Notes: generated from the letters alone by a model not told the origin. A DNA stretch of 17,814 nt from Abditibacteriaceae bacterium (GCA_031425655.1 JANPJS010000239.1:1-17814); one strand, 5' to 3'. Shown: positions 8,340-16,734, numbered from the stretch's first letter. Numbers and translations: made by a program.

Positions 8340-8456
8340 GGTAGTAGCTCTAATCGCGTGAAATATACCTTCAGTGGCGCTCCGAATAAACGGCAAAGTC
8401 ATTCTCGACACTGCATGGTTGCACTTGATTAAAACTCAAGCGACGCAGCGACGCCA

Positions 8457-8486
8457 CGCCGCGTGCTGTTGTAAAATCGCCGTATC
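8457..8486 (+). repeat. 30-bp direct repeat, copy 2 (contains the likely -10 TAAAAT of the ABC operon)
   Basis: CGCCGCGTGCTGTTGTAAAATCGCCGTATC, ending 6 nt before ATG 8493. Confidence 0.9.
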
Positions 8487-8492
8487 CCCGCC

Positions 8493-11165
8493 ATGCGAAT
8501 TCTGCGCTTGCTGCTTCTCGTTCTTCTGCTCACAGCCGCCTCGCGCGCCGCCGATTTCACGATTACGGCGGGGCCGCGCTACGACCCCGAAGTGCGCCAG
8601 CCGAAAATACTGCGCGATTTTTTAGCGCGGCATCCCAATGTTCACATCGAAAAATGGTCGGGGCTGACGCTTCCGGCCAACGGCGCGCGGGCGAGTTTGG
8701 CGATGGCGATGGCGGCCAACAATGGGCCGGATATGTTCGAGAACGATATTCGGCAGGCGGTAGATCAAGGCCTGGCTTATCCGATGACCGAATGGATTGG
8801 TCAGGATGGCGTTCTCAAGAATGGCGCAAAGAAACGACTGCCCAACGGCACGCGCGATTTAAACGGGCAAATTGACGCCGACGAAGCCAAATGGGACGGC
8901 TGGATGAAAATCAAGCCGCTGTTTCGCCAAGTTGTGACGGTTGACGGTAAACCCTACGCTCTGCCCAATCGCGGCGGCACATATGTCGGCATTCTTTACA
9001 GCAAGCGCCTGATTCGCCGCGCCGGCCTTGACCCGATGAAGCCGCCGCGCACCTGGGACGAATTTGCGCGATGGTGCCGCTTGCTTTACGAACCAAAATC
9101 CAAAGTCTTCGGCGTGGAACTGACGCCCGCGAGTTGGGCTTTCGCGCCGTGGGTGGCCACGACCGGCAGCAGCATCGTGGTGCAGGAACGCAAAAGCCAG
9201 ACAACCGGCAAGATTTACACATTTAACGAGCAGGAATTGCAGTTTCGCGCGCCGGATACCGGCGAAGACCTCAGCCGCGTCAAACCGCGCTGGCGTGCCA
9301 ACGTCGCGCACGACGACGCGGCGGCAGCCGTCGGATTTTATCATCGCCTGCGCTGGGCGCCGTGGATTAAAGATGCCGCCAGCGGCGAACCCGTTGAACT
9401 CAAACCCGCCGACATTAAGCGCGGCGAAGTGACTTTTCGCGGACGCAAAGTTCGTTTCAAGCCGGGCGAAGTCATTCGCGGCAGCATCAGCGTGACCACG
9501 ACCGATTTGATGGAAACCCTCAAGCGATTAGGCCGCGATTTGGCGATGTATCCGCTTTGGGCCGGCGACATGACCGAGTTTCAGGAAAACGCCGGCATTC
9601 AGCCCGAAGATTTGGGAATGATGCCGTTTCCGGGCATGACGGCGCGGCAAAAGCCGGTTTTGCAGGCCTCGAACTGGTTTTATCTCATCGGCAAAGATGT
9701 GGCGCATCGCGGCGGCAAAACCGACGCGGAACGCAAATCTTATCGTGATTTGGTGTGGAACATCATTTCGCGCATCACCAGCGTCGAGGGCGCCGACGAA
9801 GACATCCGGCGCAAAGTCGCGGCAGGGCAAGCGCGTTTTATGAATCCGCGCGACTTGGAGCGGCTCGGCTTTACCGATTATGTGCGCGAAATTCCGCCCG
9901 AAAACCGCCTGTTATGGGACGACATCGAAGGCGAACGCATTTTAGAAGTCGTCGAGCCGTTTATGGGCCGCTGGCTGCAATTCCGCGATTTTTATCAGCG
10001 CGAAGCCGTCGAATTGGTGCTGCGCCCCAACGGCGAAAACTTCAATTACCAAGCCGCATTGAACACTCTTGAACGCGATGCCGATTCGGGCATTATGTTC
10101 GAGCGCCCCGAAAGCGCCCTTGATGCTTATCGTCCGCGAGCGCGGCTGCTTGCGGCTTTTATCGCGCTGGTGATGGCGCTTTTCACGTTTCTACTCGTGC
10201 GCGATGCGCGGCGGCGAACTGTGAGCCGCGCCGGAGTTTATAAAGGCGCGCTGCCCTGGTTTATGTTGGCTCCCGCTCTGCTTTCCATCGCGGTTTGGGG
10301 CTATTATCCGCTTGCGCGCGGCCTTGTCATGGCGTTTCAGGATTATAAAATCGTCGGCCAATCGCGCTTCGTCGGGCTGACGAATTTCATATCCATCGCG
10401 CTTGACCCGAACTTTTATCACTACCTTTTCACGACGTTCCGCTTCGTGGCGTGGAATCTCGGCTTAGCCTTTTTCGCGCCGATAATTCTCGCGTTTATGT
10501 TGGCCGAGGTGCCCAGAGGCAAAGTCTTTTTTCGCACGCTGTTTTTCCTGCCGCAGATGACCAGCGGCCTTGTCGTGACGCTGCTCTGGAAAGAAATGTA
10601 TGCGCCGACCGCCAGCGGCACTTTGAACAAAATCGGCGCTTTTCTGATTCCGCCGGACGGAATCGCCAACCAGTTTCTCGGCTTGTTTCAGCAACAACTG
10701 GTTTTTCCGATTGACTGGCTGGGCAGCCCGGCTTTGGTGATGGCCTGCGTGATTCTGCCCGGCGTGTGGGCCGGCGCGGGCATCGGCAGCCTGATTTATC
10801 TGGCGGCGCTCAATTCCGTTCCTGAAGACCTTTACGAAGCTGCCTCGATTGACGGCGCCGGCGTCCGCCACAAAATTTGGCACATTACCCTGCCGACTAT
10901 CGCGCCCTTGATTCTCATCAATTTCATCGGCACGTTTATCGGCGTTTTTCAAGCGATGGGCAACATTTTCCTGTTGACTTTCGGCGGGCCGGGCAAGGAA
11001 ACGATGGTCATGGGCATGGCCATCTGGCAGGAAGCCTACGTCAATCTGCGCTTCAGTCTGGCGACGAGTTACGCGTGGATTTTGGGCAGCCTGCTGATTG
11101 GCTTCACTTATTTGCAGCTTCGCATTTTGCGCCGCGTAGACTTCCGGCAAGCCAAAGGGGAATAA
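8493..11165 (+). CDS. Fused sugar ABC solute-binding protein and MalF-type permease (CUT1 family)
   Basis: Signal peptide; SBP_bac_1-like motifs (NGPDMF, DGKPYALP, GLDPMKPPRTWDEF); from about nt 10140 permease motifs FVGLTNF, FFRTLFFLP, EAA loop LYEAASIDGAG, HITLP. Confidence 0.92.
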   Translation: MRILRLLLLVLLLTAASRAADFTITAGPRYDPEVRQPKILRDFLARHPNVHIEKWSGLTLPANGARASLAMAMAANNGPDMFENDIRQAVDQGLAYPMTEWIGQDGVLKNGAKKRLPNGTRDLNGQIDADEAKWDGWMKIKPLFRQVVTVDGKPYALPNRGGTYVGILYSKRLIRRAGLDPMKPPRTWDEFARWCRLLYEPKSKVFGVELTPASWAFAPWVATTGSSIVVQERKSQTTGKIYTFNEQELQFRAPDTGEDLSRVKPRWRANVAHDDAAAAVGFYHRLRWAPWIKDAASGEPVELKPADIKRGEVTFRGRKVRFKPGEVIRGSISVTTTDLMETLKRLGRDLAMYPLWAGDMTEFQENAGIQPEDLGMMPFPGMTARQKPVLQASNWFYLIGKDVAHRGGKTDAERKSYRDLVWNIISRITSVEGADEDIRRKVAAGQARFMNPRDLERLGFTDYVREIPPENRLLWDDIEGERILEVVEPFMGRWLQFRDFYQREAVELVLRPNGENFNYQAALNTLERDADSGIMFERPESALDAYRPRARLLAAFIALVMALFTFLLVRDARRRTVSRAGVYKGALPWFMLAPALLSIAVWGYYPLARGLVMAFQDYKIVGQSRFVGLTNFISIALDPNFYHYLFTTFRFVAWNLGLAFFAPIILAFMLAEVPRGKVFFRTLFFLPQMTSGLVVTLLWKEMYAPTASGTLNKIGAFLIPPDGIANQFLGLFQQQLVFPIDWLGSPALVMACVILPGVWAGAGIGSLIYLAALNSVPEDLYEAASIDGAGVRHKIWHITLPTIAPLILINFIGTFIGVFQAMGNIFLLTFGGPGKETMVMGMAIWQEAYVNLRFSLATSYAWILGSLLIGFTYLQLRILRRVDFRQAKGE

Positions 11166-11270
11166 CCACGGATGAACACGGATAGACACAGATGGTTTTT
11201 AACAACGCTTTGAGCATCCGATAACTGCAAAAATCCAAAATCCGCGTTTATCCGTGTTCATCCGTGGTTA
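11163..11270. repeat. 10-mer-based (ACACGGATGA-like) inverted repeat within the ABC operon
   Basis: 31-nt arms at 11163-11193 and 11240-11270; the outer 22 bp are perfect, with 3 mismatches in total. The left arm begins with the TAA stop of the upstream gene. Confidence 0.9.
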
Positions 11271-11277
11271 AAAATTC

Positions 11278-13167
11278 ATGGCGATAATCTCCACAACCGA
11301 CCGAAAATCGCACAAAGGCCGCGTTCTCACGCTGGCGATTTTTCTCGCGCTGATTTTCGGCGGCGCGACGATGGTTTACCCGTTTTCGATGATGTTGACC
11401 GGCGCTTTGGGCACGCCCTTCGATTACGAGCGCCGCTCCGCGCTGCCACGCCATTTTGCCTCGCGTGAAGACCGCTTCATTCGCGCTTTAGTCGGCTTTT
11501 TTCCGCCGAATCATCGTAATTCGCTGCGACAATTGCGCGCTTATTTTCCCGACGCCAAAAGCGATTGGGCCTCGTGGAACCAAATCGGCGACGACCAGAC
11601 CGGCAGCGATGCGTTCGCTCGCGCGCAACTTGAAAAAATCAACGATCCGGCGCAGCGACGACTGATTCAAAACGCGGCGAATGACTACGCCGAGTGGTTC
11701 AAAAACTGGAATTTGCGCGAAACCATTTTGGCTTACGATAATCGCCACATCGCGCCGTTTTTGCGCGAACGCTATGGCACATTGGACAAATTCAACGCGG
11801 CGTGGGAAGTTCCCTTCACCGATTTCTCGAAAGTCGGCGCGCCCGAATGGAGCGGCGAACCGCTTGATCAGCAAACCTATGTGCCTCTCGAAGACACGCG
11901 CTACCGCGATTTATTGGCGTTCCGCGAAGCCTATCGCACCAACCGATTCACGTCGTTTCTGCGCGGCGCGCCCGCCAACTATCTGCGTCCCGCGTCGCTG
12001 CGTTGGCTGTGGGAAGATTACGCATCCGGCAAAGCGGAAGCAAAGTTTTTTCCCGCGTCCGGCGACCTGTGGCAGAAATTTCTCGTCGAGAAAATGCCGC
12101 TGCGTCACATCGAAATCGCCGCGCCACCGCAGCAGGCACGCTTCGAGAAATTTCTCAAAACGCGCTTTCGCACGCTCGAATATTTCAATCGCACGCTGGA
12201 ATTGAACGCGAAAAGCTGGAAAGAAATTTCTCTTACGCCGACGCTGGCGCAGGGCACGCTCGGCAAAGTGTGGATGGACTTCGTGCGAACGCAGATTCCG
12301 CCCGCACAATGGCGGCTGCGCGATACGCTGCCCGAACTCGCATTTCAGAAGTTCGCGCTGAAAAAACACGGATCACTTGAAAAAATAAATGCGGCTTACG
12401 GCACCAATTATCAGCGCCTTGAAGAAATGCCGATTCCCTTCGCGCCAGCGGTTTTAGAAACCTTTGCCCAACGCGAAAACGCCTTCGCCATCAATTCGTT
12501 GACGGCGAATTATCGCGCGGTTTTCGACTTTCTCTTTTTTCGCGGCCAAGCGGTGCGAAATACCATCATTCTCGTCGTGCTGGCGCTTTTAATCACGCTC
12601 ACGGTCAATCCGCTGGCCGGTTATGCGCTGAGCCGCTTTCGACTGCGCGCGAGCGAGAAAATCATCGTGTTTTGTCTGGCGACGATGGCGTTTCCGGCCT
12701 CGGTTTCGGCCATTCCCGGTTTTTTGCTGCTGCGCGACTTGGGATTGCTCAACACTTTCGCGGCCCTCGTGCTGCCGGCGGCGGCCAACGGCATGACGAT
12801 TTTCATGCTCAAGGGCTTTTTCGACTCGCTGCCGCAAGAGCTTTACGAAGCCGCCGCCATTGACGGCGCGCCCGAATGGATGGTGTTTTTCAACATCTCG
12901 ATTCCACTCGTCAAGCCGATTTTAGCCGTCAGTTTGCTGAACGCTTTCATCTTTTCCTACAACGGCTGGGAATGGGCCATCATCGTCTGTCAAGACCCGC
13001 GATTGTGGACGGTTTCGGTTTGGACTTACCAGTTTTATCAGACGATGGGCGCCACACCGTGGGTAACAATGGCCGCGTTTATCATCAATTCGATTCCGGT
13101 TCTCGTCGTGTTTCTGCTCTGCCAGAAAGTTATCTTGCGCGGCATCATTTTGCCGTCGCTGAAGTAA
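11278..13167 (+). CDS. MalG-type sugar ABC permease with a large (about 370 aa) extracytoplasmic insert
   Basis: N-terminal TM (MVYPFSMML), a long soluble region, then NY..VF, NTIILV, AGYALSRF, GLLNT, EAA loop LYEAAAIDGA, ISIPLVKP. Confidence 0.92.
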   Translation: MAIISTTDRKSHKGRVLTLAIFLALIFGGATMVYPFSMMLTGALGTPFDYERRSALPRHFASREDRFIRALVGFFPPNHRNSLRQLRAYFPDAKSDWASWNQIGDDQTGSDAFARAQLEKINDPAQRRLIQNAANDYAEWFKNWNLRETILAYDNRHIAPFLRERYGTLDKFNAAWEVPFTDFSKVGAPEWSGEPLDQQTYVPLEDTRYRDLLAFREAYRTNRFTSFLRGAPANYLRPASLRWLWEDYASGKAEAKFFPASGDLWQKFLVEKMPLRHIEIAAPPQQARFEKFLKTRFRTLEYFNRTLELNAKSWKEISLTPTLAQGTLGKVWMDFVRTQIPPAQWRLRDTLPELAFQKFALKKHGSLEKINAAYGTNYQRLEEMPIPFAPAVLETFAQRENAFAINSLTANYRAVFDFLFFRGQAVRNTIILVVLALLITLTVNPLAGYALSRFRLRASEKIIVFCLATMAFPASVSAIPGFLLLRDLGLLNTFAALVLPAAANGMTIFMLKGFFDSLPQELYEAAAIDGAPEWMVFFNISIPLVKPILAVSLLNAFIFSYNGWEWAIIVCQDPRLWTVSVWTYQFYQTMGATPWVTMAAFIINSIPVLVVFLLCQKVILRGIILPSLK

Positions 13168-13180
13168 ACTTATCGCACTT

Positions 13181-14167
13181 ATGCCCGCATTTCTTCGTCG
13201 CTTCGCCCCGCTTTGCGCCCTGACGCTCACCGTGCTGGCCGTCGGATTCTTCACGCTGTCGTCGCGCCTTCCGGCACAAACGGCGCCGGCCAAGCCGCCG
13301 GTTTCTGCCGTTGCGCCGCCAGTCAAAGCTGTGAAATCGCCTTACTCCGCGCGCAAAATCTGTGATTTGCCGGACACGCGCATAGACGAAAGCTCCGGCA
13401 TCGCGGCCAGCCGGCGCTATCCCGGCTGTTTGTGGACGCACAACGACAGCGGCGACGACGCGAGGCTGTTTTTGCTCGACGCGCAAGGCAAAACGCTCAG
13501 CGAAGTGAATGTGCAAGGCGCCGAGGCGCGCGATTGGGAAGACATGGCCGTCGCGGGCGAAGGCAAGGATGCCTGGGTTTATGCCGGCGACATCGGCGAC
13601 AACGCCGCAGTGCATCCGGCGATTGTGATTTATCGCTTTCGTGAGCCGCAAATTGATTTAGCGAATGCGCCCGCGAAGTTGCCGGTGACCTGCGAAACGA
13701 TGATGCTGACTTTCCCCGACGGCGCGCACAACGCCGAAACCCTTATGGCCGCGCCCAACGGCCAGTTGCTCATCGTCACCAAATCGCTGGACGAAACGGC
13801 GGTTTATCAAACGCCTAAGCCATTCAAAGCGGGCGGCAAACAAGAAATGGAAAAGCTGGGCACGATTGATATTCCCGTCGGTTTTCGCAAAGGTTTGACG
13901 ACCGGCGGCGATATTTCGCCGGACGGCAAGCAGCTCACGATCATCACTTACGTTCAAGCTCACCAGTGGGATTTATCGGGCTGGAAAAAAGATGGTTCGC
14001 CGCAGTGGAACCAGATATGCGGCCAAAAAGCGCTCGTTTGGGATTTGCCGAAATCCAAACAAATGGAAGCCATTTGTTACGGAATTGACGGCAAAAAAAT
14101 GTTTTCCATCAGCGAACAACTGCCCTCGCCACTGTTTGAATACACGCCGAACACCGAAGCGCCTTGA
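13181..14167 (+). CDS. Secreted putative beta-propeller protein (SdiA-regulated/phytase-like)
   Basis: Signal peptide and Pro/Ala linker; acidic blade-like motifs ESSGIA, WTHNDSG, DWEDMA, GDIGDN, NAETL, TGGDISPDG, QMEAICY. Confidence 0.75.
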   Translation: MPAFLRRFAPLCALTLTVLAVGFFTLSSRLPAQTAPAKPPVSAVAPPVKAVKSPYSARKICDLPDTRIDESSGIAASRRYPGCLWTHNDSGDDARLFLLDAQGKTLSEVNVQGAEARDWEDMAVAGEGKDAWVYAGDIGDNAAVHPAIVIYRFREPQIDLANAPAKLPVTCETMMLTFPDGAHNAETLMAAPNGQLLIVTKSLDETAVYQTPKPFKAGGKQEMEKLGTIDIPVGFRKGLTTGGDISPDGKQLTIITYVQAHQWDLSGWKKDGSPQWNQICGQKALVWDLPKSKQMEAICYGIDGKKMFSISEQLPSPLFEYTPNTEAP

Positions 14168-14324
14168 AGCGAGACGCTTTTAAATGGAACGCGGAGCTTC
14201 GCTATCCTGCCCAGAGGGCGCCCGAAACGACACGGCCTTTCGCTGTTGAATCCACAAAAAATCTGTGTCAATCCGTCGTTTCCGCGTAGCGAAGCTCCGT
14301 GTTCCATTTAAAATTGTCTCGCTT
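14167..14324. repeat. REP doublet (GGAACGCGGAGCTTCGCT family) between convergent genes
   Basis: 38-nt inverted arms at 14167-14204 and 14287-14324 with 3 mismatches; the core is shared with the repeats inside the 775-1082 MITE. Confidence 0.88.
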
Positions 14325-14343
14325 TCGAGCGCCACGCTGACCT

Positions 14344-15225
14344 TTAGCCCTCGCTCAACATCGCCGGCAACGCCGTCTCCAATTCCGCCTGCTCGAATTG
14401 AAAACCGTTTTCCAAGAGTTTGCGCGGCAAAACTCGCGCACTCGATAACAGCCCTTCGTCCGCGAATTCGCCAAATATTAAGCGCAGCGCGAATGCCGGC
14501 ATCGGCAAAATCGTCGGGCGATGCAAAACGCGGCCCAATTCACGCGAAAACTCACGGTTGCGAACCGGATTCGGCGCCGTGATATTGACCGCGCCGCCGA
14601 TTTCGTTATCCAACAAATGCAAAATCGCACGCGCCGCGTCATCTAACGTAATCCAACTCACAAACTGGCTGCCGTCACCGAGCGGGCCGCCGGCACCCAT
14701 TTGAAACGGCAGCAGCATTTCTTTTAAAGCGCCGCCGCGCCGCGACAAAACCACGCCGAATCGCGCCTGCGTCACGCGCATTTTCTTTTCCGCCGACGCC
14801 GATGCGGCTTCCCAATCACGACAAACGCCGCTTAAAAATCCGCTGCCCGGCGCGCTGTTTTCATCCAGCCATTCTCCGCCTCGGTCGCCGTAAATGCCGA
14901 TAGCCGAGGCGCAAATCAGCACGCGCGGCGGCTTTTCCAAAGTCAGCAGCGCCTCGCAAAGCATCGTCGTGCGCGCCACGCGGCTGTCGTAAATGCGTTG
15001 TTTTTTCGCGGGGTTCCAACGCCCGGCCACGCTTTCGCCGGCCAAATGAATCACGGCGTCGAAGCCTTCGAGCGCGTTGGTTTCCAGCGCCGCGCCTTCG
15101 GGCCAGCTCACGGCGCCTTCTCGCGGCGAGCGCGCTATCGGCACCACGCTATCGCCGCGCGCTTCCAAACGGCGGCGCACCTCGCTGCCAATTAAACCCG
15201 TCGCGCCCGATAAAAGAATTCGCAT
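14344..15225 (-). CDS. TIGR01777-family NAD-dependent epimerase/oxidoreductase (YfcH-like)
   Basis: MRILLSGATGLIG, VIHLAGE, IYDSRV..T, SAIGIYG, VCRDWE, GGPLGDGSQFVSWI, SARVLPRKLLENGFQF; SD AAGGAG. Confidence 0.95.
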   Translation of the reverse strand: MRILLSGATGLIGSEVRRRLEARGDSVVPIARSPREGAVSWPEGAALETNALEGFDAVIHLAGESVAGRWNPAKKQRIYDSRVARTTMLCEALLTLEKPPRVLICASAIGIYGDRGGEWLDENSAPGSGFLSGVCRDWEAASASAEKKMRVTQARFGVVLSRRGGALKEMLLPFQMGAGGPLGDGSQFVSWITLDDAARAILHLLDNEIGGAVNITAPNPVRNREFSRELGRVLHRPTILPMPAFALRLIFGEFADEGLLSSARVLPRKLLENGFQFEQAELETALPAMLSEG

Positions 15226-15267
15226 TGTGTCTTGTTTGCTCCTTGCGCTTAGATTTTACTCAGCGGC

Positions 15268-15747
15268 ATGATTCGCGTTTTATTTGTTTGTCTGGGCAAC
15301 ATTTGCCGCTCGCCGATGGCCGAGGCGGTTTTTCAACATATGGTCAACGAAGCCGGTCTCGCCGACCAAATCGAAGCCGATTCCGCCGGCACCGGCGAAT
15401 GGCATCAAGGCTCCTCCGCGCACCCCGGAACATTGCAGATTTTGAAAACCAATGGCATCGCCTACGACGGTCGCGGGCGCACGCTGGCACCGATGGATAT
15501 GCAGAATTTCGACTACATCATCACAATGGACAACGATAACCTGCACAACGTGCAGCGCCTTCACGACTTGGCAAGCGGCACCGCCAAAGTCGCGCCGCTG
15601 CTTGATTTTAGCGAAGTAGCAAAACAAGCCGGCATTCGAGAAGTGCCCGACCCGTTTTTCACCGGCGGTTTTGAAACCGTTTATTTAATGGCCAAAGATG
15701 GCGCCGCCGGACTGCTCAAAACCATTCGCCACGAGCATAATTTGTAA
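15268..15747 (+). CDS. Low-molecular-weight protein-tyrosine phosphatase
   Basis: VLFVCLGNICRSPMAE P-loop, DSAGT, FDYIITMD, EVPDPF. Confidence 0.96.
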   Translation: MIRVLFVCLGNICRSPMAEAVFQHMVNEAGLADQIEADSAGTGEWHQGSSAHPGTLQILKTNGIAYDGRGRTLAPMDMQNFDYIITMDNDNLHNVQRLHDLASGTAKVAPLLDFSEVAKQAGIREVPDPFFTGGFETVYLMAKDGAAGLLKTIRHEHNL

Positions 15748-15785
15748 ATCACCTTACGCACCGTCTTCTGCGATCCGCTATTTTC

Positions 15786-15954
15786 AACGGGAAGGCGGGA
15801 AGAACGGGAAGAGATTTGAGTGCTTTAGGCGAACGGGAAGCGATTTGGAGGCTTGGCTAACGAGCGGTGTGCTATCAGGACAGTGTTCAGGCCGTTTTTT
15901 CGCGTTGTCAACTCTCAAGACTTCCCGCCTTCCCGTTCTTTCCGTCTTCCCGTT
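15786..15954. repeat. Inverted repeat of 8/9-mer CGGGAAG units
   Basis: The left arm AACGGGAAG GCGGGAAG AACGGGAAG (15786-15811) faces CTTCCCGC CTTCCCGTT CTTTCCGT CTTCCCGTT (15921-15954). Confidence 0.82.
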
Positions 15955-16045
15955 AAAAACCACCCCACCGCATAAGTCAAGATTGTAAATCACAGCCGAT
16001 TTCGTAAAAAAACCGTGAAACTTCCCCAAATTTTCTCGATTTGCC

Positions 16046-16169
16046 TTGACAAACGCCTCCCGATTCGTTTCACTCAGAGAAGTGAAATCACTGATGAGTT
16101 ATTTTCAGGCGAAAATTCAAAGAAATTTTCAACAATAAGTCGCATTATTTCACGACTTATTGTTATAAT
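16046..16169 (+). promoter_or_regulatory. Promoter region with consensus elements and three operator-like palindromes
   Basis: TTGACA at 16046-16051; TTTCACT-N6-AGTGAAA at 16068-16087; GAAAATT-N6-AATTTTC at 16111-16130; AACAATAAGTCG-N10-CGACTTATTGTT at 16131-16164; extended -10 TGtTATAAT at 16161-16169. Confidence 0.7.
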
Positions 16170-16245
16170 TACCCGAAGAAGAGCGTGTGAGTCGGCATTC
16201 TGAGGGCAACGCTCAATTTCAAAGCACAAAGCGGAGGCACGAACC

Positions 16246-16734
16246 ATGACTGTAGATCAAATGTGGATGTTGGCGATGCTGGGGATGTTCGGGATGTTTT
16301 TGCGCGGTTTGCAAAGCGAAGCGCGCCGCACGCTGAAGACCATTGCGCTCGACGAGCACGACGCCGTGTGGCGCGCCGAAATGCAGCCTGTCATGGCGCA
16401 ACAGCAAGCGCGCCAACGCTTGCACGCGATGCGCGAAGAAGCGGCGCGCAAAGAAGAAGAGCGCCAACTGCGTTTGCGCCGCGCGCGCTGGCAGCGCCGC
16501 TGTGCCGAGCATATTGACGAATCCGATTTGCCGGCCAGCCAGCGTCCCGCATTGTCGCGCCTCAGCTTCGCGCACATCGGCGACGTGATTGACGAAGACG
16601 AAATGTATGGCCCCTTCCGCTTGTTCGGCGAGCGCATCGGTGAATTGCGCGAAAGCGGCGGAGTGGAAGACCAGATCGATTTTCAACGGGGTGGGGCGCG
16701 TCACACAGCCACGCGCGAAAGGATTGCATCATGA
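16246..16734 (+). CDS. Hypothetical protein (N-terminal hydrophobic helix, coiled-coil-like middle)
   Basis: SD GGAGG at 16233-16237; the stop overlaps the next start (ATGA at 16731-16734). Confidence 0.7.
   Translation: MTVDQMWMLAMLGMFGMFLRGLQSEARRTLKTIALDEHDAVWRAEMQPVMAQQQARQRLHAMREEAARKEEERQLRLRRARWQRRCAEHIDESDLPASQRPALSRLSFAHIGDVIDEDEMYGPFRLFGERIGELRESGGVEDQIDFQRGGARHTATRERIAS

Noticed and set aside
3478..13651. Numerous antisense or alternate-frame ORFs inside mutS and the ABC genes
   Set aside because: These are the shadow ORFs expected in GC-rich coding DNA and show no family motifs.
3322..15954. Repeats considered as a CRISPR array
   Set aside because: There are no regularly spaced identical direct repeats with unique spacers and no cas genes.
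15698..16203. ORFs 15698-15988, 15784-16029 and 16015-16203
   Set aside because: They run through repeat and promoter DNA, with no SD or recognisable motif.
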